From Octopus vulgaris (taxonomy: Eukaryota), in contig OX597831.1 in assembly GCA_951406725.2 (NCBI GenBank), positions 75,330,001 through 75,394,000 of the forward strand: DNA of 64,000 nt, given 5' to 3'. The notes beneath the pieces are model-generated. The model was not told the DNA's origin. It was given only the letters and a program-made list of their open reading frames with translations, and made no database searches. The translations under genes and the position numbers were made by a program. The first letter of the stretch is position 1; every line of letters starts with the position of its first letter. Shown here in pieces: positions 56,601 to 64,000 of the stretch.

Positions 56601-56818
56601 CATCTACTCGCAATACCAGAGGGCGCACACTCTCCTACCCTGATGTAATCTCCAGGGATACAGGCATCCAGCAACAGGACCTCCGTAATACCATGATGGA
56701 CCGTGAAGTCTGGTGTAGCATGGTAAATTCCATTGTCTCGACCACGGTTGAACAATGATGATGATGATGATGTCTGGTGAGAATGAAATCTATCTGGCTA
56801 GCAGAGTCACCTGATTGA
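53640..56818 (-). mobile_element. Large pseudogenised RTE LINE (end of APE endonuclease, RT, PHD-like insert, C-terminus, 3' UTR)
   Basis: SQIDFILTR, QHRLV, YKGKGDALDTNNYRGIKLL, QFGFVPGRSTTDAIF, AFIDLEKAF, VGVNQG, FWYLG, LHGSETW; (ATG)n tail near 53640. Confidence 0.92.
56448..56772 (+). mobile_element. Different RTE-clade 3' end nested antisense in the large RTE
   Basis: RRVQFAGHCCR...LLWKP...MMDREVW plus a (GAT)n tail. The host frame ILTR|EWDAW rejoins when the insert is removed. Confidence 0.85.
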
Positions 56819-56896
56819 TATCTTTAAGCTAATGAAGTTCATAAGATAATTGTTTATTCCGTTTATATATATCTCGTTTATTTATATATATGTGAA

Positions 56897-57212
56897 GGTG
56901 CATGGCTTAGTGGTTAGGGCATTTGGCTCATGATCGAAAAGTCATGAATTTAATTCCTGGCGATGTATTGTGTCCTTGAGCAAGACTCTTTACTTCACGT
57001 TGCTCCTGTCCACTCAGCTGGCAAAAATGAGTTGTACTTGTAATTCAAAAGGCCAGCCTTATCACACCTTGTGTCACGCTGAATGTCCCTGAGAACTAAG
57101 TTAAGGGTACACGTGTCTATGGAGTACTCAGACACTTGCATGTTAATTTCATGAGTAAGCTGTTCTGTTGATCGGATCAGCAGGGACCCTCATTGTCGTA
57201 ACCAACAGAGTG
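56897..57212 (+). mobile_element. SINE family D
   Basis: Closely matches 4884-5200. Confidence 0.82.
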
Positions 57213-57326
57213 ATCTTTTTTGTATACATATGTGTGCGTGTGTGTGTGCATGTGTGTGTGCATGTGTGTGTGTGTGTGTGCGTGTGTGTATGTATGTATA
57301 TATATATATATGAATTTATATATATA

Positions 57327-57491
57327 GGCGCAGGAGTGGCTGTGTGGTAAGTAGCTTGTTTACCAACCACATGGTTCTGGGTTCAGTCCCACTGCGTGGC
57401 ACCTTGGGTGAGTGTCTTCTGCTATAGCCTCGGGCTGACCAAAGCCTTGTGAGTGGATTTGGTAGACGGAAACTGAAAGAAGCCCGTCGTA

Positions 57492-57543
<52 letters not shown>

Positions 57544-57766
57544 CGTGTTTGTGTGCCTGTGTTTGTCCCCCTAGCATTGCTTGACAACCGATGCTGGTGT
57601 GTTTATGTTCCTGTCACTTAGCAGTTCGGCAAAACAGACCGATAGAATAAGTACTGGGCTTACAAAGAATAAGTGCCGGGGTCGAGTTGCTCGATTAAAG
57701 GCAGTGCTCCAGCATGGTCGCAGTCAAATGACTGAAACAAGTAAAAGAGTAAAAGAGTAAAAAGAG
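57327..57766 (+). mobile_element. SINE family A, full length
   Basis: Complete head to AAAAGAGT tail repeats. Confidence 0.92.
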
Positions 57767-57768
57767 TA

Positions 57769-57855
<87 letters not shown>

Positions 57856-57913
57856 CATGGTAGATCACTAGCCATTACACACATTTTTTCTCTCCTTGTT
57901 TCTTTCTGTGTCC

Positions 57914-57949
57914 CTTTCTGTAGAAGAGCGTAGGCTCGAAATGTAAAAG
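57914..57949 (+). ncRNA. Minimal hammerhead motif, A6U core variant, in a Penelope-like repeat (~57857-58040)
   Basis: CUUU-CUGUAGA-A-GAGC-GUAG-GCUC-GAA-AUGU-A^AAAG. Same family as 40377-40412. Confidence 0.55.
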
Positions 57950-58104
57950 ACTTTTCCAATTCCTGAGCGTTATACTAATACATCTGTTTGTTGTTTACAC
58001 CACCTGTCTTTGTCTTTTGTTTTTTTGTGAATTCTCCCTATACATATATATGTGTGTGTATACACACACACACACACACACATTGTCAATGTATCACATA
58101 TCTA

Positions 58105-58336
58105 TTTCTTTACTACCCACAAGGGGCTAAACACAGAGAGGACAAACAAGGATAGACAAACGGATTAAGTCAATTATATTGACCCCAGTGCATAACTGGT
58201 ACTTAATTTATCGACCGCGAAAGGATGAAAGGCAAAGTCGACCTCTGAGGAATTTGAACTCAGAACGTAACGGCAGACGAAATACAGCTACGCATTTCGC
58301 CCAGCGTGCTAACCACTCTGCCAGCTCATCGCCTTA
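58105..58336 (-). mobile_element. SINE family C variant
   Basis: Reverse complement of the family C head and core, with the alternative 3' end also seen near 33090-33150. Confidence 0.8.
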
Positions 58337-58443
58337 AATGTATCACATATCCGAATATATATATATATATATATGAAGATAGATAAGACAGACAAATAGA
58401 CAGATTGAGAGATACACATATACAGAGAGACAGACAGACAGAC

Positions 58444-58498
<55 letters not shown>

Positions 58499-58508
58499 GA
58501 GATAGATA

Positions 58509-59751
58509 TGTTTCTTTATTAGCCACACAGGGCTGCACACAGATAGAACAAATTACAAGGTAGAGCTTTTCTTTTGAAGGTTTAAGAAAAAAAAAAAAAA
58601 AAAAAGGAAGGGGAGTTTCGATCAAAAGGGATCGTAAAAGGAGAGAAAGAGGACAAAAAAAAAGGGGGTTTAAAAAAAAAGGGGGGAGGAAAAAAAATTG
58701 ATCAATAGGGATCGTTATCACAGAAATGTCAATATGAAGTGTAAAGGGGAGGACAGGTGAGGTTTACCCGTGGAAAGAAAAGCCTACGGAAAAGACCACG
58801 GTAACCTCGGTCAATGATGTCACATTTTATATTTCTTTTTTTTTTTTTTGCAAATAAGCAACTCTCTGTTTTCGATTTCTGGGTTCATAGGACTATGCTC
58901 AAGGTGGCTTCGTCATTCATACGTGCCATTCTTGCTACATTCACCCATCTTTTTTTAAAACATTCGCTAGACAAAACTTGCCTCTCTACTCTCACTTTCC
59001 TTTTCAAGTGGTACTTGAAGAAGTTGATGAGAGATTGACCAGAGAGGAAAGTGTTTGTCTCCAATCCTTTCAGACGCGTCCACCAGATACATTCTTTCGC
59101 CATAGCCACAAGGATGATGAAAATAGCTCTTCCTTCCCGTTTGAAGGAAGGAGGCGTGACAATATTGACGATAGACTCAGCTGATAAACCGACTCGTCCC
59201 ACACGTGACAGCAGTTGTTCGACATAAGCCCACAGGTCGGAAATTGTTGGACACTGAACGAGTGCGTGCAGAACGGTTTCGTCGCTCTGACCGCATCTCG
59301 GGCAGGTCGGCCCCGTGTTTCTCGAGCCGTGTCTGTAGAGCTTATCCCGAACGGGTAGCGCTTCTCGGTAGCACTGCCAGGCCAGGGATCTCTGGAAGTT
59401 GTCCATGGGCCCTGGCCCGAAAGTCGTCCTGAACAGGCGGGTCAGGTACTCCTCGTCGACGTCCAGGTTCGCCCCGAGCTCGTCGTCGTACCTCCCCTCC
59501 ACTAAACCCCTATAGAATGCTTTGGTTGTGTTGAAGTCACTTAAGGTCGACCCAGGACGGCAGAGTTGCTTGAGAGCAACGCGACACTCGCGGTGCCATT
59601 CGCCCTTCCTCGGCCTCTTTTTGATCCACGACTGCAGTTCGGTCATGGAGACGAGCTGCGGGAAAGCGTGCCTCACAAACGGCGACCACACCTGTTCACC
59701 GTCGTCTACATAGAGCCAGAGATGCCGCAGTCTCAGCGCGTGTCTGCGCAT
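58509..59751 (-). mobile_element. 5'-truncated Tx1/L1-clade LINE embedded in (GATA)n
   Basis: Uninterrupted ORF2 C-terminus, T-rich 3' UTR, AATAAAGAAA end; (GATA)n on both sides. Confidence 0.85.
58885..59751 (-). pseudogene. Tx1-type ORF2 C-terminal fragment with CCHC zinc finger (zf-RVT-like)
   Basis: About 288 stop-free codons: TTKAFY, AWQCYREALPV, CPRCGQSDETVLHALVQC, AKECIWWTR, FKKRW. Confidence 0.85.
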
Positions 59752-60071
<320 letters not shown>

Positions 60072-61144
60072 ACATACAGATAGTGAGAGAGGAGGAGAGG
60101 GGAAAGAGAGAAAGAGAGAGATTGACAAACTGATAAACAGACAAACAGATAAACAGTTAGATAGAGACAAGAGAGAAAATAGGAGGAAGAGATATAAAAG
60201 ATAATGGAAATTGTTCTGCCAATATTAGAATACCAAGTGGATGTTGTAGATTAATTACACTGCATGATAATTAGCAATATGAAGTAATGTGAAGAGTGTT
60301 ATTAGCCAAGGTCATTTCATTCTGTGAAAATAGGCTGGTAATTATGCTGGACAAAATGTCTGGCAGTATTTTGTGCTTGTATGGCCTGATTGCAAATATC
60401 AAGGTCAAGCTTTACCTCTCATCCTGTCGGGTTTGATGAAATAAGGATCAGTTGGGGCCTGGGGTTGATGAAAATTGACTAAACCCTTCCCACAAAAGTT
60501 CACGTTTTGTACCTGCAGTAGAAAGGTTTATTAAAGAGCTTTGCAGAATTGTTAGCACACTGCACCAAGTTCTTAGCAGTATTTCTGGGTTCTGAGTTCA
60601 AATTCTGCTGAGGTTGACTTTGCTTTTCATCCTTTAGGAGTCATTTAAACAAATAGCTGTTGAGCACTGGGGTTAATCTAATTAACTTACTCTTCAGCCC
60701 CTGTCCCCACTACCATCTGAACTTGCTGACCTTGTGCCAAAATTGGAAACCAGTATTTAGTCTGTCTGTATGTTCTGAGTTCAAATTCCACTGAGGTCGA
60801 CTTTGCCTGTCTTCCACACATACAAGTTTGTCCTTTCAAGTGCTGGGTCCACTTAAAAAAGCCCTCATGCCAGAGCTGCATTAATGAACCCATACTGGTG
60901 CTGCGTAAATGCACCCGTGCCAGTGCTTCATAAATGCACCAGTGCTGGTGGCACGTAAAAGGCACCCAGCACACTCTGCTTAGTGGTTGGCATTAGGAAG
61001 GGCATCTCAGCCATAGAGACCATGTCACAACAGACAGTCGGAGTTTGAAGAATTCCCCGCTAACCAGCTTCATGTCAAACTGCCCAACCCTGCAAGCATG
61101 GAGAACAGACATTAAACAATGATGATGACAACGACGATGATGGT

Positions 61145-61177
<33 letters not shown>

Positions 61178-62014
61178 AAATGCAAATATGATTTAATGTG
61201 AACAGTATAAAAATATGAGCTATTAATAGTTTGTTGCTTTCGAGACATACAAAAAAAAACCCTGCCTAGACACGTGTCTCCAGAGCAAGTAACTATAGTG
61301 TGAAAATATTATACTGCTCATGTCAAAATTAATTAAGATAACGTATTGAGCCCCTAGGGTAAAACATAAAATGGGGCCCAGGAGCCAGCGTGTTAAGAAT
61401 ACACATGTCTATGGATTGTTCAGTCCCTTGCATGATGATGATGATGATGATGATACTAATGACAATGTTATTGATTATAATGATAATGATTGTTGCTGAC
61501 GATGATGACGTGTTGGTGGTGGTGACGGCGGTTCGGGTGGTGTTGATGATGGCGATAATGAGGATGGTGGTGGTGGTGGTGGAGGTGCTGCTGCTGCCGC
61601 CGCCGCCGCTGCTGAGGAGGGGAGGAGCAAGCTGTTCCGATTATCAGATTAACCGGAACACTTGGGCCAGCAACTCCGAACCCAGTCAGAGTTTTCAAGA
61701 ACGAACGCTCCCACCCCCTCCCACAATCCACTTTTATTTCCTACCCCGGTTGGAACTTGAGTACTTTAAACAAGATAGGAAACCAGCATTGATGTTTATA
61801 TTTAGCATCCAAAAAAACCCACACTTTTATATTGAGCAATGACAAATAAACACAAACTGGTTTTGATTCAACTCTGGGATTTTCCTGGTTTTATTTACGT
61901 AAATTATAGAATTTTTCACAAAGAAATGACAAAGAGTTTCTTTTTGTGTCTAGTCATATTACCAATTCTAATAAAAATCTGTGTTAAATGAATATTTATG
62001 CTTGTACATGTATG

Positions 62015-62016
<2 letters not shown>

Positions 62017-62055
<39 letters not shown>

Positions 62056-62255
62056 ACACACACACACACACAACACACACACACACACACAAAAAAACAC
62101 ACACACACACACACAAATACACACACACACATAAATACACACACACACACACACACAAATATACACACACACATAAATACACACACACACACACACAAAT
62201 ACACACACACACATAAATACACACACACACACACACAAATACACACACACACATA

Positions 62256-62315
<60 letters not shown>

Positions 62316-62590
62316 TACACACACACACATAAATACACACACACACATAAATACACACACACACACAAATACACACACACACACAAATACACACACACAC
62401 ACACAAATACACACACACACATAAATACACACACACACACACAAATACACACACACACATAAATACACACACACACAAATACACACACACACATAAATAC
62501 ACACACACACACAAATACACACACACACACACAAATACACACACACACATAAATACACACACACACACACAAATACACACACACACATAA

Positions 62591-62681
<91 letters not shown>

Positions 62682-62697
62682 TACACACACACACACA
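62017..62697. repeat. Compound (CA)n array with periodic AAAT/ATAAAT interruptions
   Basis: Directly visible units of AAATACAC(AC)n. Confidence 0.95.
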
Positions 62698-62751
62698 TGC
62701 CTCCACATGCACATATATACATACGTACCAACATATTTAAGTGCAAACATT

Positions 62752-62975
62752 CTTTTATTCTTTTATTTGTTTCATTCAATTTGACTGCGGCCACGCTGGA
62801 GCACTGCCCTCAGTTGAGCAAATCGACCCCAGGACTTATTCTTTGTAAGCCTAGTACTTATTCTATCGGTCTATTTCACCGAACAACTAAGTTATGGGAA
62901 CGTAAACACACCGACATTGGTTGTCAAGCAATGGAGAGCGGAGGGGGGGGACAAACACAGACACACATACATACA
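62752..62975 (-). mobile_element. SINE family A, 3' half
   Basis: Matches 5262-5470. Confidence 0.8.
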
Positions 62976-63102
62976 TACATATATATATAAACCAAATATT
63001 TTGAGAAAATTTGGTTTAAATGTTTGACAACTCAGCACTGTCCATTGGACAGGGGGCATTTTGCTCGTATATATATATATATATATATATATATCTATAT
63101 AT

Positions 63103-63203
<101 letters not shown>

Positions 63204-64000
63204 CAAAATGCCCCCTGTTCAATGGACAGTGCTGAGTTGTCAAACAATTAAACCAAATTTTCTCAAAACACCTTGTCCAACCGTCCCACAGGCCTCCCCT
63301 TTGAGAAACACTGATTTAACCTAAATTTGAGACACCAGCAAAAGAAGAAATAAAGATAGACTTTTTTTCTATTCCAAAGAAAAACGATTTCCCATGGCTT
63401 TATCAATTGAATTCTCACCTGGAATCGATTTTTGTAATTTTCTCAAGACTTATACATGCCCTGATACTGTCGGTATCTACATATCAAATTTGAGTGCAAT
63501 CGGATGGAGGATGCCCGAGATCCTAGAAGTCACACACACACACACAGAACAGATTTTATATAACATTGCCAGATCAGATTGGAGCCTGGTGGAGCCTTCT
63601 GGGTTGGCAGGCCAGAAGGCTCCACTCTGATCTGGCAATGTTTCTACAGCTGGATGCCCTTCCTAATGCCAACCACTCCAAGAGTGCAGTGGATGCTTTT
63701 ACATGCCACCTGCACGAGGGCCAGTCAGGCGGTACTGACATCGGCCATGAGAGCAGTCAGCAGTCCTGGCACACACAAAATTGAATAAGGTATTAAACAG
63801 AGCTATCGCTCTAAAGCCACAAATTACTCACTATTAAAATACTGGCTCACGTTATGTTCGTTTTGAATGCAATGTGAGCATTTAAATGTTAGAATGCATG
63901 TAGTATAATGTAATGAATATTTCATAAATAAATGTTGTTGTGTCAAATCTGGCTGTTTAACAACATACAGAAAACGAAACCAATTGATCCTGGAATATCC

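Noticed and set aside
61916-62794. 238-292 aa Cys/Val ORFs
   Set aside because: Translation of the (TG)n compound array.

Overview
AT-rich, CpG-depleted, microsatellite-dense eukaryotic DNA. The SINE families and repeat landscape suggest an Octopus genome (inference from recalled repeat families, not a database result). No complete host gene is recognisable. The best host-gene signal is a CpG-rich promoter-like patch with a minus-strand 20-codon signal-peptide-like first exon (14027-14086), beside a 4.5-kb (TTA)n array. Most of the rest is transposon-derived: three tRNA-derived SINE families (called A, C, D here); RTE, R4/Dong, CR1-group, Tx1 and possibly CRE LINE fragments; a TIR-complete DD37D (maT) element; a mellifera-type DD34D mariner; a Tc1/mariner MITE; a hAT remnant; Helitron-like repeats; and Penelope-like remnants. 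The most notable unannotated signals are about seven minimal type-I hammerhead ribozyme motifs (one family with a shared core variant), a decayed HDV-like ribozyme at an RTE 5' end, a young Tx1 element inside (GATA)n, a LINE/SINE pair sharing a 3' stem-loop, a PHD finger inside an RTE reverse transcriptase, and microsatellite-hinged inverted duplications. Most ORFs in the supplied track are microsatellite or antisense-TE artefacts. RNA folds were done by eye and repeat boundaries are approximate.
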